From the NCBI RefSeq assembly GCF_006345805.1, contig NC_042997.1, forward strand, positions 123,566,001-123,630,000: DNA of 64,000 bases, given 5' to 3'. Shown here piece after piece: positions 1 to 13,779 of this stretch. Origin of the DNA: Octopus sinensis (Eukaryota). Within the stretch, counting starts at the first letter, position 1; each line of letters starts with the position of its first letter. The translations under genes were made by a program, and so were the position numbers. Below the pieces are notes generated by a model, which was not told the origin of the DNA, searched no databases, and saw only the letters and a program-made list of their open reading frames with translations.

Positions 1-899
1 TCTGTTAATTTTACTGCAAATTTATGATTGAATGACCAAGAATGAGAAACAAAAAACGTTGATTACTGACTTGCATAGAAAATGTATTAGAGTTCTTGAA
101 AGGAAAACAAACATTGTTGAGACTCTGCTATAAATTATTGAAAGATTAGAAGATTATGGAACCGTACACAATAAAATAATAACTAGAGCGAAGGGAGCAG
201 AGTGGTGTTAGAAGGTCGCGAAACTAAGTGGTTATCAGAAATGGGCCAGTGTTCTTAATGGAAGGAGTATACGTTACACTGTTAATGGATTGCCAGAATT
301 GAATAAATATGTAATTAAATAAATATATAAATAAATACATAAATAAATAAATAAATGGAATAAATCTGAGAAGTTAAATGTAGAAATCCACATAAATATC
401 TTTTGTGTATTTATTTTGCAATCCTGAAATGGGAAATGGAATACAATCAATACAATAAATTGAATTTAAATATTAATGCATGAGGAGGAATTGCAGGAGC
501 CTTAATTTATTAGATTAAGCTAATGTGAAATCAAGATTAGGAACTCACTAAATAAAGAAAAAGATTATCTTCTAGAAGCTAAAGAGAAGAAGCTATTATG
601 TAGCACTAATAAGAATTTTGAAGAACACAAAATAGAAATAGCAAACGGAAAATAAGTATAAGTATGAAGGATAGCAAACGTTAGAGAGAAAATATGTTGT
701 ATCATTTTGATGTCATACTGTACAGACAACAGAATATATAAAAGGGGTTTATCTCATATAAATATGGAAGAATTGTCAGTACATAACATATGTTCAGATA
801 TTTAATGTGGACAGATAAGCGCCATGAATGATTGCTACTCTCATGACTGTGTTGTATCACCTTGAAATCACCACAGGGACCCTACTTACAAATATATTA

Positions 900-1750
900 T
901 TATACAACACTTTACCGAGATAACATTTTTTTGGAAATCTATTCTAAATGTAAGTGTGTACATCAGATACGGAAAAGTAAATGCAACATTATAAGGACAA
1001 CAAAAACATGGCATTTTTGTGGGTGGATATAATGCCCGGTTGTAAAAAAATGAAACAGAGAAATCAGCTGAACTCTATCGTTGGCCCCATGATACCCTAC
1101 GTGGCTGACAACGGATCCAGATTCTTGATTTTCTCTATATATTTTCATTTCCTCGTAAATGTCCATTGATCATAATATTACGCATAAAAATGGTGGACAT
1201 CTCTGTAGTATATCTCTAAAAACGATGGTTATTTCATGTCTCTTAGAAGGGGAATGGAAAATATCTATTTCAATCATTCGTATGTTCACAAAAGACATTA
1301 GTTCGGTTGTGTACGTGGTGAAGACAGTTATCAAGATAAAACTTTAAAATGTGAAATAAGGCAAAACCTATTTGACACTAGCAATGTTAACGAAAACTGC
1401 ATTAGAGAATTGTTTCAGACGTAAAGAACCGATATTCTGCCATGTATCCAGAAACATATCAATAAATACGCGAGTGAATTCAAAGACACAGAGATTAAGA
1501 CAGCCGGAAACAATACAAAAGATGTAGTGAACAGTGGTTATGCCCAACACAGAAGCTATAATAGATAAATGATGGGAACAGAATGTTAAGTGAGATAATA
1601 CACATGACGTTAAAGAGATACATAAACTGGATTGACGGACAATAAAATAAATACTGGATGTGAGGCTCTAGGAAAGATTTCGGAAAACATCTACAGAGTA
1701 TTCAAATAATACTTAGCAGTAGAAGAATGCCAGTAAAAGATAAGTATTAT
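900..1750 (+). pseudogene. Highly decayed Penelope-like RT/GIY-YIG remnant
   Basis: Broken frames give QKHGIFVGG..ARL and LYRWPHD (RT motif-like), then IHKLD and RL*ERF (GIY-YIG-like). Many stops and frameshifts. Confidence 0.3.
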
Positions 1751-3039
1751 AAATGTTCAAAGGTATATATGGGCGTAAACACAAATGGTTGAAACTTTTC
1801 ATTTAAGTAACAAATTATAGAAACCGATTAGTGATTTACGAGAGACAAATTTTTGTGTAGTCTTGAGGTTGATGTTGAAAAACTTTTAGACATTCGGAAA
1901 TGGGAAAGTAACATTACAATTTTAGCTTATATATATCTAAGCACGAATCATGTTAGACTCGTTTGAGAAGTATTGAAATGATTAATGTAAGTATAATCAA
2001 AGACAAGGTGAAACACAAGCCATATTGTGGTAAACATTTAGCTTAAAAAGTATTCTTTAACGTTGAGCTACAAAACCTTCATGGTTTCCTATGTCGAACT
2101 TCGTTGGGTTTAGTTTTTATTGAATTTCTGGGAGTGTAATTAAGTTGCTGTTCTGCTCTCTATTTTCACGTTGACTGGAGAAAAGATATTAGATTATGCT
2201 CTTGATATTTACATATACCTTGCCCCTGTAGTCGTCTATCACTCAGAGTATATCATTATTATTTTTGCTCTGTATTCGTGATGCCGTTAGAAGTAAATCT
2301 ATGGTATGGTGGAGGAATATTTTCGTACAGAGATCTTTTTTCGATCGTGCTAAAATTAAATCAATTTTATTCCATTGTTTTTCTTTTCCAAATAAGGAGA
2401 AAGTATCGTCTATCAAATCAAAATCAGTATAACTAGGAGCTGGACATTTGTCTTAAGACATAATTTTAAATTTTTGTTCAAAATTTTAATCGCATTTTCT
2501 GGAACAAACCCTCTGCATGATGTGTTTCATTCATGCTTTTTAATATGGAAGTTTCGATGTTTTGTAGAAGAACGTACTATTTTCTGTACCTGCATGTCGT
2601 GCAAATAGTTGAAAAAATAATGACCTTGAAGAAATATCTGAAATCTTATCTGAGTGACTTATCTGGTGTTAAATAGCTATTGATACGTAGTTCATTTTAT
2701 TCTAATATTTCTGACGGCGTTTTGCAAATAATTGACAAGAACGTATCATGAATAAACACGAGGAAAATACATTTTTTCACAAACAATAGGGATGTCAATT
2801 TTCATAAATTGTTAATGAAATCATTTTCCCTATAGTAAAAAATATCATGTTTTTTCCCCCTAAATGTTTTTATCCATAAATAATTAAACTGTCTAGAAAT
2901 TATTGTGACCTGTCATAATCTATTTCAGTTCCCCTGAATAAAGTACACTAATTAATACACATACTGCAACAGTCTACCTTGGTAGCTTTGATCTAGCTTT
3001 GATATTAACTTTTAACCCTTGTATTTCTACGAACATTCT

Positions 3040-3456
3040 ACTCCCAAATATTCCTTTCTACCCTAGGCACAAACCCCGAATTTTTTGTGTGGTGGGGGTG
3101 CAGTCGATTAGATCGACACCAATGCGCAACTGTTACTTGATTCATCGACCCCGAAAAGATGAAAGGCAACGTCTACCTCGGCGGAATTTGAACTCAGAAG
3201 GTAAAGACAGACGAAATACCGCTAAGAATCTCGCCCGGCGTCTAACATTTCTGCCAGCTCGCTGCATTCTACCCCAAAATATTCTTTTTTACTCTAGGCA
3301 TAAAGCCCGAAATTAGATCGACTCCAGTACACAACTGGTACCTATTCCTCGACCCCGAAAGGATGAAAACAATGTCGACCTCGGTAGAATTTGATCTCAG
3401 AGCACAAAGACAGACGATTTCGCCCGGCGAGCTAGCGTTCTGCCAGCTCGCCGCCA
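3040..3456 (-). mobile_element. Two tandem tRNA-SINEs with Deu/Nin-like central domain
   Basis: Reverse complement of GGCGGCGAGCTGGCAGAA head and GCCTTTCATCCTTTCGGGGTCGAT core. The same family recurs at 13.8, 14.8, 23.1, 39.2 and 44 kb. Confidence 0.85.
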
Positions 3457-4862
3457 TCTATGAATATTAAGCACACCTATATATGTAAATATATTAACTA
3501 GATCAACTATTGATTTACACAGATTTACGTTAAAATATTTTTTACCAAGAGCTTTACTGTTGTCATCCATATTTAAACACTTAATTACCTACTGTAGAGG
3601 TTCAAGCCAATGGTATTAAATATTTTACACTTTTACACTGCGTGTGTACATAATTTTAACTTCTTTTGTGCTTTAGAAATTTATATGTGCGGTATTGTAA
3701 ATTTTTTTTATTTATAAGTCTGCTATATATCTTTAACTTTAAAATTCTGTTTCTTTTTCTCGGTACTTTCTATCGTAGCTCCCACAACATTTATAAATTC
3801 TCCTACATTTATATTTAAGTAACGTTTATTCTTTATTGGAAATATTTCTTTCCCCCATATGCCAAATATAAGAACTCTGCAGTAACGAAAACTTAGGTTA
3901 GTGTCTTTATATTTTACTCTTATCTAATTATTCAATTACGACACGACTTTAATTAGCAACAATGATTCTTTTTATATCATTTATGTTATATCGGCTTCGT
4001 TTAACATCGTCCTACCATCATTCGTTCTCTTCTCCCTTAAACTGTGATCTAGTAATTATTATTTTATTTTAAGATACTGTTTTATCTCCTAAACCCTGAA
4101 TAATTTATATTACCCAGTGCTGTTGATTTCCTTTGAGGTGCCTCTTAAGCCTCTTCTATAGAAGTTAGCGGTCATTAAATTTTCCTCGTTAAGTTTTAGA
4201 AATTTAGCGTTTCAATTACACGGTGCTTTGTTGAATCGAAATAAACTGAATATGATGCCCTAATAATTTTACATAACTAATTTCAACAAAATACACGGAG
4301 GCGTATCCTTTGTAAATTCTGTCTTTTATTTTTTCTCCAAACATTCCAATTAGTTTCAACCACGCAGCGTGGACGAAGTTAAATAAATCGTTACCACACT
4401 GGTAAACGGACATATTTTACTGGGTCTTTTCGCTTGAAGTCCTTTCGCTCTGAAGACAATATTACGATAAAGTGAGATCAAGAACTGGAGGAGATTCTCA
4501 ACCACTTCCACCATCATTCTCTATTATATTCCCATACGTTTCTCTTAGTGATATAATTTCGCTAAACTGAAATAGATATTACTTAAATCTTATCGATCAT
4601 TCTAATATTTGCCGCTGACCCAGTCTCTTCAAACATTGACTCATGTCTACGTAACTTCCCAAAATTTGTCTGTTTTATTTATTTTTTCCAAAAACATAGT
4701 ACGGTACAGATATTTTCATTTAACTACTGAAGTCTCTCTTCGTATATTCACTACTTTTCTATTTTTCGTTATTTCACCATCTTTCAAATGTATTTCCTTT
4801 GCAGTTTAACTTAAGAAATCAACGCTTTTAAAATTCCTCCTGCACATTTGATATTTAGTTAT

Positions 4863-5376
4863 TACTAGCAGTATCGCCCGGTGTTGCTCGGGTTTGTAAG
4901 GGAAATAACTATATAAGCAAATTTTAGAGAGTTACTTCCCTTATAGATGCCAATTCGGGCTTTCTTAGCCATTTCTGTTTTGGTGTCTTCAAGCCATAAA
5001 GTCGTTCTAAAAGAACGCTGGTCTCCTTGACAACGCTTTATGACGTTGATTTCCTTACACTCCCTTCCCCACAGCTTCACTAGGGAGGGAAGAATGGGGA
5101 GAAGCAAACAGGTGCAGGTGTGACCATGGACGCCAACTCCGCCGCCATCGACACACGAAAAATTATGCATTAAAATGGAATAAAAAATGATGTTAAATTA
5201 TTTTTAAAATCGTAGACTCATCGTAGACGCGCGGTAATACTCAGACGGGCTCGATATGAATCACGACTATAAGATAACCGAATTTGGTTAAACTGCACCG
5301 CAAAATGTGGGAGTAGTTAGGAATCTAAATCGAAGGGGACAGACACTCACACAACTACAGTTTTATATATATAGAT
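4863..5376 (+). mobile_element. Non-autonomous Helitron-like element
   Basis: Starts TACTAGCAGTATCGCCCGG; about 55 bp shared with the element at 17571. Ends with an AC-rich tract then TTTATATATATAGAT. No TIR or TSD seen. Confidence 0.55.
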
Positions 5377-5589
5377 ATGTTATATTACGTCTAGATTTTA
5401 TTCATCGCGTACGGTTCTCAACGAGTACATACTAAGTTTTAAGGCGTCATATTGTTATCATATTCAGTACTCTATTTATTCAAAAGAGAATATATATTAG
5501 TGGGCTGCCACTGAAAGCAGATCAAAATAATCAGGTATTGAAAAGAGCAGCATGTATAAACGAACACACATTAAATATATGTACGGCCT

Positions 5590-6270
5590 TATCCACATTA
5601 TCACTGGTGAGACTAAATTCAAAATGGCCCGTCGGTTCACCTACCTCGGCTTCAATAGCATATCAGAAGACAAGATCGACAAGGGAATCGACGTGCATTT
5701 GACAGACTGTATGAAAGTGTGTTGAACAGCGAACGCGTAAAAAGAGAGTACCAAGCCCAGCGTTTACTCAGCTTTAATCTTTACTACTCTTCTATATGGC
5801 TGAGAGTTGTGTGTCGCTCATCGTCAATATCTACGACAATTCCCATCAACGCCCACTGGAGTGACTTCATCTCCAATGTAGTAGTCTTTAAATGGGCAGA
5901 AATTATCTTCATCGAGACCATGCTGCTGAAGTTCCAGCTATACTGGACAGGGTATGTCTCCAGGATGAAAGATAATCATCTGCTCTAGATCAAGTTGTAT
6001 AGCAAATGCTCCATCGGGCATCGCGTATGAGGACAACCAAAGTAGCGATACAAGGACTGTTAGAACTCACCCCTTGACGCCTTTCACATAACACAGAGCT
6101 CGTGGGCCACTTTAACCGAGGAATGTGATGCCTGACCGCTCACAGTAAGCCATGCTTCTTCCTCCCTCGAAAAAATCCGCAGGGTTACTTACCAAATGTA
6201 CCAGAACCTCAACTGCAGCTACTAGCGTACTCCTGCAGTAAACGTGGATACCCACCCCGTCTCAATCTGG
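5590..6270 (+). pseudogene. RTE (BovB-like) LINE 3' remnant
   Basis: Fragments FTYLG, HWSDFISNVVVFKWAE and IETMLLKFQLYWTGYVSRMKDNHLL match the RTE RT C-terminal region. Confidence 0.8.
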
Positions 6271-6290
6271 CTTTGCGAAGCGATGCTAAG

Positions 6291-6334
<44 letters not shown>

Positions 6335-6799
6335 AAGTGAGCTTGGAGGGATTTTTTTCCGGTTGGATATTGTATCAGCTCTCAGTTCAATTCCAGTTAA
6401 CGGTCAACCACAAAAATCCCTATCTAACGTCTGTGTATACATCTAGTTGTTAGTCACTCCGTGAATTCTTCCGATGGGCAATTCCTTGTACTCATAGCTG
6501 GACGCTCAGAAAATTGTCTGAAATATATTTTAATATTAATAAGAATAAATAGTATAGAAGCTTGTACATTCACAAAATTTATTTCATAGTCATATATAGT
6601 GTATTATTATGACCTGCAAGTGTTTCCGCTATAGACACTACTTACTGTTGCAAATATTACCTTGCAATATTGTGGTTTCAGCCTCATACGTGTCCTGCCA
6701 TTGTGTCATACTTGAAGTGAAATGACTGGCGTAAATTTTTGCTTTGTGGTGGGTGGAGTTTTTGTTAACGTCAACTTCACCCCAGTCGTTGTCCAAAGT

Positions 6800-7660
6800 T
6801 AGGTCTTGGTCTTAAAATATGTGATGGTTGAGATTAGTGTTTTGCATAGTTTTAATGGTTGTGCGTGTTATGTTTTTCTTTTTTTTATTTCGAGTCTACT
6901 ACATGTATTGAAGGGTTCATGCCTGTCTATATTCCCTTTCTGGTTGGGCTGCTCATAATATGTATGGTATATTGGGTATGATATTGTTTTTTATTAATGA
7001 TGATTACGAAATTTCTTATGCTGAGTTGTTTTTATATTTGTTATATGAAGCTCATTTTTCGCTGGGACGTTGGCTATCTAGAATTAATTGTATATCACAT
7101 AAAGGTTCCACCATCTTTGTGTAGACATCTTAGGACTTGTTCGTATCTTGCATTAATTAATGTCTCATTTTGATGTAAATATTGAGTAACCTTCCCCTAC
7201 ACATAGTTTGCATCTATTTCTTCCTACTCGATAAGGCTTAGCAATACTAACTGGTTCTCAATCGATAGAATAGATATTGTCTTTGTCTTCAATTGGACAA
7301 ATTCGTTTTCTTAGACTTGTATTATCTCTAAAGCAACTTAAAGGATTTGCCCCTATATAAAATATCCCCTTCCCTCCAAGAAAACTTCGCGTCTATAGAC
7401 CAGAGTCTTAGTTTTACATTTTGAATCCAATGGGCTCTAGTACGGTTGCATAGAGCTGTTTGCCTTCTGTTTCCATTACACATTGTTTTATTGATTTCAA
7501 TTGAAGTCTCTCTTCTTTCTTCTGTTTCGGTATTATTTTTGTATTCTCTGTTGATATTAGTTATGGTGCTGTTCGTTCTGGAGATTCGTCGTTTTAATTC
7601 TATGCCTGTGAAGTTAGGGTTGTTGACCTTTGACCGGTTGTTCTGTTAGCATTCCCTCTT
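6800..7660 (-). pseudogene. PLE endonuclease/C-terminal remnant, inverted relative to 7700-9260
   Basis: Minus-strand fragments CKTKTLVYRREVSLEGRGYF..IGA (GIY-YIG-like) and AKPYRVGRNRCKLCVGEG resemble the C-terminus of the PLE at 46.8-47.1 kb. Confidence 0.55.
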
Positions 7661-7699
7661 AATCCAGTGCGTGCTAATATGGTCTCATCCATTATGTCC

Positions 7700-9260
7700 C
7701 TGCTGTTAGTTATCTGATTTATATATTCCATCACTTAAGTCTAGTGTCATGTCTAAAATATGATTGCGTTGTGTACCTCCTCGACGCATCGATTAAAAAC
7801 ATTCTATTGCCACCATAGAAGGAATGCATAGATAAAACCAACTGATTCATACAACAAATGAGATGGCAGAATACTTCCACGACCGATAAGATGAAAGTTC
7901 TAGCAGCACTGATTAATATATACCTGAACTTAGGAACATTATGAAACTAAATATTTGGCCAAGTTCATATGAGGTAATTGACTGCTTAAACTAAATCCCA
8001 ACAAATAAACAAACCAAATCTTTACAGATAGATATACCTAACTACTACAACTCCATTAACCCAATCCACCTAAACAAAGCACTTATATTCGCAATGAAAA
8101 AATCTGATCTAAGTAGAAAAGTTGATGTAGTATCAGGTGCTAGAAAATCAATTATTAAATTCGAACGAAAATACTGGCCAAGAAAAGACAGACCGGGTAT
8201 GTTTGACATAAAAATGGGTTGGACTGACTCTGCGCAGGTAATTGATATGGTAGGAATTTATAGTTTATACAACTTAAAGAAAGAATTTCCAAAAGATGGT
8301 TGAGGTCTATACCGGGATGACGCACTATTAACCATGCTTAACTCTTCTAGATAGCGATAGATAAATACAGGAAAATTTTTTACCAAGTTATTTACAAACA
8401 TAGCACTTTCCGTCTCAATACAGGAGGAGCACAACTCAGTCGATGATTTAGACGTGACTCTACACTTAAGAACTGGAATAAATAAACCATAAATTAGCCC
8501 CAATAAAAACCTTAAATACATTCACAAAAACAGCAATCATCCCAAGTGCATAACCCAATCCATAATGGCAAACATTTGAACACACCTATCAATAAAATAA
8601 TATTTAGTTTAAACAAAGTTTGCTACAATTTAGTACAAGAGAAAGCAGGATATAAAAAAGGGTTAGTTTTCAACAAGAGTAACCAAAACAAGATAGATGC
8701 ATTCAGTTAGGTAACCTATCCAGACACTAATTATGACACAAACTTACCATGAAAACCCACTAAAACGCCATATGTGGAAAATGAAATGCAAAGAAGAATG
8801 CGAACATAGAGCATAACCAAAGGGTGACAAGCTCTGAGAAGAAGAGCAAGGATTCGAACGCCATACGAAGGTAAATAGCCGAAATAACAACGGAAGCCTT
8901 AGTACGCCGTTCATTAGAAGTGACGAAGACCACCACAGTCTAGTGCACATACACTCCATAATCTTCTAATCTTTCAATAATTTATAGCAGAGTCTCATCA
9001 ATGTTTGTTTTCCTTTAAAGAACTCTAATACATATTCTGATTAATCTGTTTCATTTTTTTACAACCGGGCATTAATTCCACCCACAAACGCAACAAAGAA
9101 ATACAATAGTAAGCGATCCGCAACCAAGAACAGACAGCTCGGTAAGCATAAATCACACTAACAATAAAAACCGGACATTACCTATAGATATCAAAACCAA
9201 TAATTATTCTAGGACGACATTGCTCCTTCACGAAACATCCGTAATTTCCAACATCTCTAG
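7700..9260 (+). pseudogene. PLE RT remnant (YRDD-type)
   Basis: ARKSIIKF..YWPRKD..FDIKMGWTDSAQVIDMVGIY..*GLYRDDAL. Homologous to ORF 48348-48959. Confidence 0.75.
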
Positions 9261-9890
9261 ACTACGCTATACAGTGAAAGAAAAACACATTCAGAAAACT
9301 ATCACATACCATAGAATATTTAAACACATGTTGCATGTGCGTGTGAGTATTTTTTCTTTTGTGTGTGTGTATGTGTATGTGTGAGTGTGTGTAATTTGAA
9401 TTTTAAATCCATATTTAGCATTGTCTTTGTTGAAGGAGATCTGAAAAATAAACCAATCGAAACAAAAAGGAAACACGCTGCACATGTTTAAGTGTGGATA
9501 GCATTGACTTGTGGATAAAAATATCTATATAACTTCAATTTCCCTCGGTGTTTTGTAAGTAAGACCCTGCAAGACATCTATTACAATTTAGCTTGATACA
9601 AATCAGAAATGTCAAAGCCGTTTCCTTTCAATGGACTGCTTCTAAAGGTTCTGAAATCTCACCTGCCTCCTAATTTGATATTATAATTATTTGACTTAGG
9701 GCTACCGAAATATTTGTAAGAAGGACCTGAAAGTGTAATAGATCTCTTGTTATTGCCGCGCCAGTACTATCAAAATAGGATTTTCTACAGGAGTTTTAAA
9801 GTATATTTGGATTTTAAGACAAAATAGTGACTACCTAAATGGAAAAGTCTGTACTTCCTATATCTAATACTTTTTATTGTAAATCTAGTC

Positions 9891-10330
9891 GAGTTAACAG
9901 TTCCTTATGAAGATAAGTTGGACACCGCTCGGCCTCGAAAGATTGACCGTTATGTAAACCTGCTCGAGGATTATGAAGAAGCAGGCTGAAAGCGGAGCTT
10001 TTTCCAATTGAAGTTGGATGTAGAGGGTTTGTTGGACAGTGTGAGACGACTGTTGTTATCGTTAGGTCTAACTCATCGTAAACTCAATACCACGATGACC
10101 GATATCCAAGCTACAGTGGAGAAGGCAAGCCACTGGATTTCGTTAAAAAGAGACAATGAGTGATGGCTAGAAGAATATTGAGCTTTATTTGATAACCAGT
10201 TGATCTAGCAAGCGGGGCCTCATATCAGTGAGGGGGGCCGGTGCGCATTGATGCCGTCGAGAGGTAGGCCCCGAAACGGCACGCATTCTCTCCTGATAAC
10301 CCCATACATTTGCTGGCTTTCGGTATACGG
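9891..10330 (+). pseudogene. HERO-like non-LTR retrotransposon 3' end (restriction-like endonuclease plus 3' UTR)
   Basis: ELTVPYED..RKIDRY..LFPIEVGCRGFV..VEKASHWISLKR is the pattern typical of HERO/NeSL-group REL domains. Confidence 0.75.
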
Positions 10331-10702
10331 AGTGTTTGAATGGTAGCACTTGCATGTGCAAGTTGTTTGCAAGACATCATAGTTCAGTGACTACATTTGA
10401 TTAAAATTTCTTTTAGATAAATGCAGAATTATATCTTGAGCATACGGACCCACTTCATTATAACTTGTATATAATAATTGGAAAGTTTACTATGTAGATC
10501 TGCCAATATTAACAAGATGTTTCTGACAGCTTTCTATTTCGTCTCTGTTTTCTCTATTTTAACATGTTTTCTATGTATCTAATACATCTAAAGCGTAGTA
10601 AAGTTTTATTTTCTACTACCTGACATGATTTTAACTACGGCGGAAATGGAAATGTCAACGAGGGCTAAGAATAAATGAATCTTACCTTGTTTAATTCTGT
10701 AG

Positions 10703-10738
10703 TATTTGAGTGAGGACTATGTTATATCAATGGCCTGA
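10703..10738 (+). CDS. Candidate terminal coding exon YLSEDYVISMA*
   Basis: Acceptor TCTTACCTTGTTTAATTCTGTAG followed by 11 codons and TGA. Duplicated at 13417 with the frame and stop position preserved. Confidence 0.3.
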   Translation, partial: YLSEDYVISMA

Positions 10739-12129
10739 AATAACTTAATATCTCACTATTTTAACATATTTATTTAACTTTCTTGCAGACAAACATATTT
10801 CTGATGATATATAAATCAGTAAATGTATTCATTTATTCTAAATTACCTTTATAGATATATTTCATACATATTTTTATGTAGGTGGCAAATTTTCTCAATA
10901 TATCTTTTATCGATTTCTAGTTTCAGTATTTGAGATATTTTAGATAATCGGAGGCGAAAAATCCTTTACAAAATAATAACTGGACGCTGTATACATAGAT
11001 TCACTCATTGCATTCGATATCAAGAATTTGACCTTATTTTTTTCGTCTTTGATCTTTATACATTTCCAGCTTTTGCATTGAACAGTTCATGGAATTGTCC
11101 GCAAACGATTTCCTTGAGAGTAATGTGCAGAATTAAGTAACCGAGAATGCATGAAATTCCGCTATAACATACATATATTTTTACAGGTATTTGAGTGAAA
11201 GTGTGTATAAATTTCATACGGTATCCGCATATATAAACATGTGTAGACTTTCACATTTGTAAATATATGTATAGAGCGAGGAGAGTAAGATCTTCCGAGA
11301 GAGAGAGATAGAGAGAGAGAGACAGTGAAAGAAAAAATATTTTTATTTATATATAATGTGCTGAAAATATTATTTATATTTGAAGTTTAGCAATTAAATT
11401 CATTAGCTTTTATTTTTGAACTGTTCTGATATTGTAGGTCGTATTTTGAGACCCTATATTTACATCATTCTTAATACAACATTTAAATTGTATTAATTAG
11501 TTTCCTATATAGTTTAAAAGAAGGCGATGCACAATGGAGGTTAGTCGTGTGAATAATGAGAACATCAATAACACATTGTTATACATTGAGAAAAGGCAAT
11601 AAAATATTTAATTAATCTATAACGTTCTTTGATATTAAAGAAATAGAATCTATTTGTTATGTGGAAACCAAATTATTTTTGTTGCAAATCTGGTACATAG
11701 CTTAGAGAATTAAACAACAAATGAAGATAATTGAAATATTCAGTTGTGTATTTGACTATTTTGGAACGTAAATTACTTTGTATTTTTAACTACAACAATG
11801 GAAATATTCGGGATACTCCTGTTTATACAAAAACGATGTAATAGAAGGCCTAATGACTTGAAGATTTTATTAACGTCAATTCTCGTTAACGTCCTATAAA
11901 CTTATATTTGAGATGGAAAAAGTATTATGTTTTTCAAGGAAAGCATTAAAATATTACATACCATTTTTACGAGCCATTCGAGAACGTAAGTTATGAGAAA
12001 ATTCTTCTTAAAGTCATTTTGTCCACGCAGAATATAAAATATACATACTTGTGCATCGGAATAAGTATTATATATATATACATGCTGACTATATTAGGCA
12101 TAATGACCATAAATGATTCTCTTAATCCA

Positions 12130-12240
12130 ATTCTATGTCTGTGTTAGTTACATAAGTGTTTGCGTATATATGTGCCTGGTTAGCCGTATATAATCATATA
12201 TGTTTGTGTATATGTATATATATATGTATATGCGTGTGTT

Positions 12241-12277
<37 letters not shown>

Positions 12278-12319
12278 TCATTTATATACATATTAACATA
12301 TCTATATATGTGTAACTGT

Positions 12320-12368
<49 letters not shown>

Positions 12369-12610
12369 ATATACACATACATAATAAATAACAATGGGGG
12401 AATAAGAAATTCTTATTACCAGTGGCCTAGCACTGCCATTTCTAGCACAATGCTTTCCTATTTGGAAGCCTCTTGATGTATTTATATATACATATGTATA
12501 TAAATACGTGTTTGTGCGGTTTTGTGTACAAATATATATATATATTATATATGGGTATATACATACATACATATATATATATACACACATATATTTATAC
12601 ATATATATGG
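12130..12610. repeat. (TA)n/(TG)n microsatellite block
   Basis: Visible directly; source of the YI/IY ORF calls. Confidence 0.95.
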
Positions 12611-13106
12611 GAATGAATCTGATAACGAATACCCAAATAGTTAATCGAACTGTTCCATGGGCTATGAAGGAATAAATAGAATATATAGTAATAAATTCGT
12701 ATGTAGAAAGGTGAGGGACTTTTATTCAAGTAACAGTAAATTCATTCTTTGTTACCTATTCCTGTCTAAAACATTCCATGGCCTATTACAACGACACGTA
12801 AATAGTGACAGGATTCAATAACATGTATTCCGCAAGTACATGGGAATAAAATCATTGGTACTAGCATCGTATATACGTAAGCAAGCATATATTGCAGTTA
12901 CTGCCACAGTAATATATACATATGTACGCTCACAAGCCTAATCATAGATGCATACAGAAACACGCATACTCAACCAGAAACAGTTATGAATATCCGCACC
13001 AACTTAAAAATAGATAGAAAAACTATTAATTCTAAATCTCTGAACGAGATAAATGCAGCAACAGTATTGTACAGTAAAGTTTACTTGCCAACGTAAAGTG
13101 ACAGTC

Positions 13107-13195
13107 CTGGTTAGGACGAATGTTACTGCTATTTAGCCCCAGGAAAAGACGATATTTTCCTGGGGTTAAAGAGCAGTAACATTCGTCATAATCAG
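13107..13195. mobile_element. Small palindromic MITE-like hairpin
   Basis: ACGAATGTTACTGCT..CCCCAGGAAAA pairs with TTTTCCTGGGG..AGCAGTAACATTCGT. Shares TAGCCCCAGGA with the MITEs at 35.6 and 60.3 kb. Confidence 0.7.
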
Positions 13196-13416
13196 AACTT
13201 TACTCCATACAAATATATGTATATATGTATATACGTATACATATATATGCTCATATACATACTCTATTAGAGATTCACGAGAGAATCAGGTACTTCAGTA
13301 TTAAGCACCAGGCTGAATGAACTGATATTTACTCATTTATTTACATATATACAAAAATACGCACAAATATTCACATAGTTAAATTAATACGAATCTTACC
13401 TTGTTTAATTCTGTAG

Positions 13417-13452
13417 TATTTGAGCGAGGACTATGTTATATCAACGGCCTAA
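13417..13452 (+). CDS. Duplicate candidate terminal exon YLSEDYVISTA*
   Basis: About 75-bp copy of 10678-10752; same acceptor, stop TAA. Confidence 0.25.
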   Translation, partial: YLSEDYVISTA

Positions 13453-13461
13453 AATAACTTA

Positions 13462-13730
13462 ATGTCTCGGGGTCACTCCGAAAAGCTCTATCTGCGACGA
13501 TTTCATCTCGATCGAAGGAGAGGGGCTTTCTCCGTCCGGGTTGCAGATCCGTGGAATAAGCTGCCGGGCGAGATGGGAAAGATGCCGACGACCGCTCGGT
13601 TCAAAGTCTCCCTTGACCACAACTGGTCTGAACTCTTTACATGAGCACCACCCTGTACATAACTCCATGTCCCCCTACATGGCCTTTCTTTTTGCTTTTT
13701 GAGCCAAAAATTAACTAACTAACTAAATAC
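13462..13730 (+). pseudogene. CR1-clade LINE 3' fragment
   Basis: SRGHSEKL..DRRRGAFSVRVADPWNKLP..RFKVSLD is the canonical CR1 ORF2 C-terminus; a short UTR ending (ACTA)n follows. Confidence 0.8.
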
Positions 13731-13779
13731 AACTATTTCTTCTCCTCCCCACTTTTACTACTACTGTCTCTACAAGTAA

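Noticed and set aside
8301-8303. TGA just before GLYRDD as selenocysteine
   Set aside because: The element is riddled with other stops and frameshifts, and no SECIS was identified.
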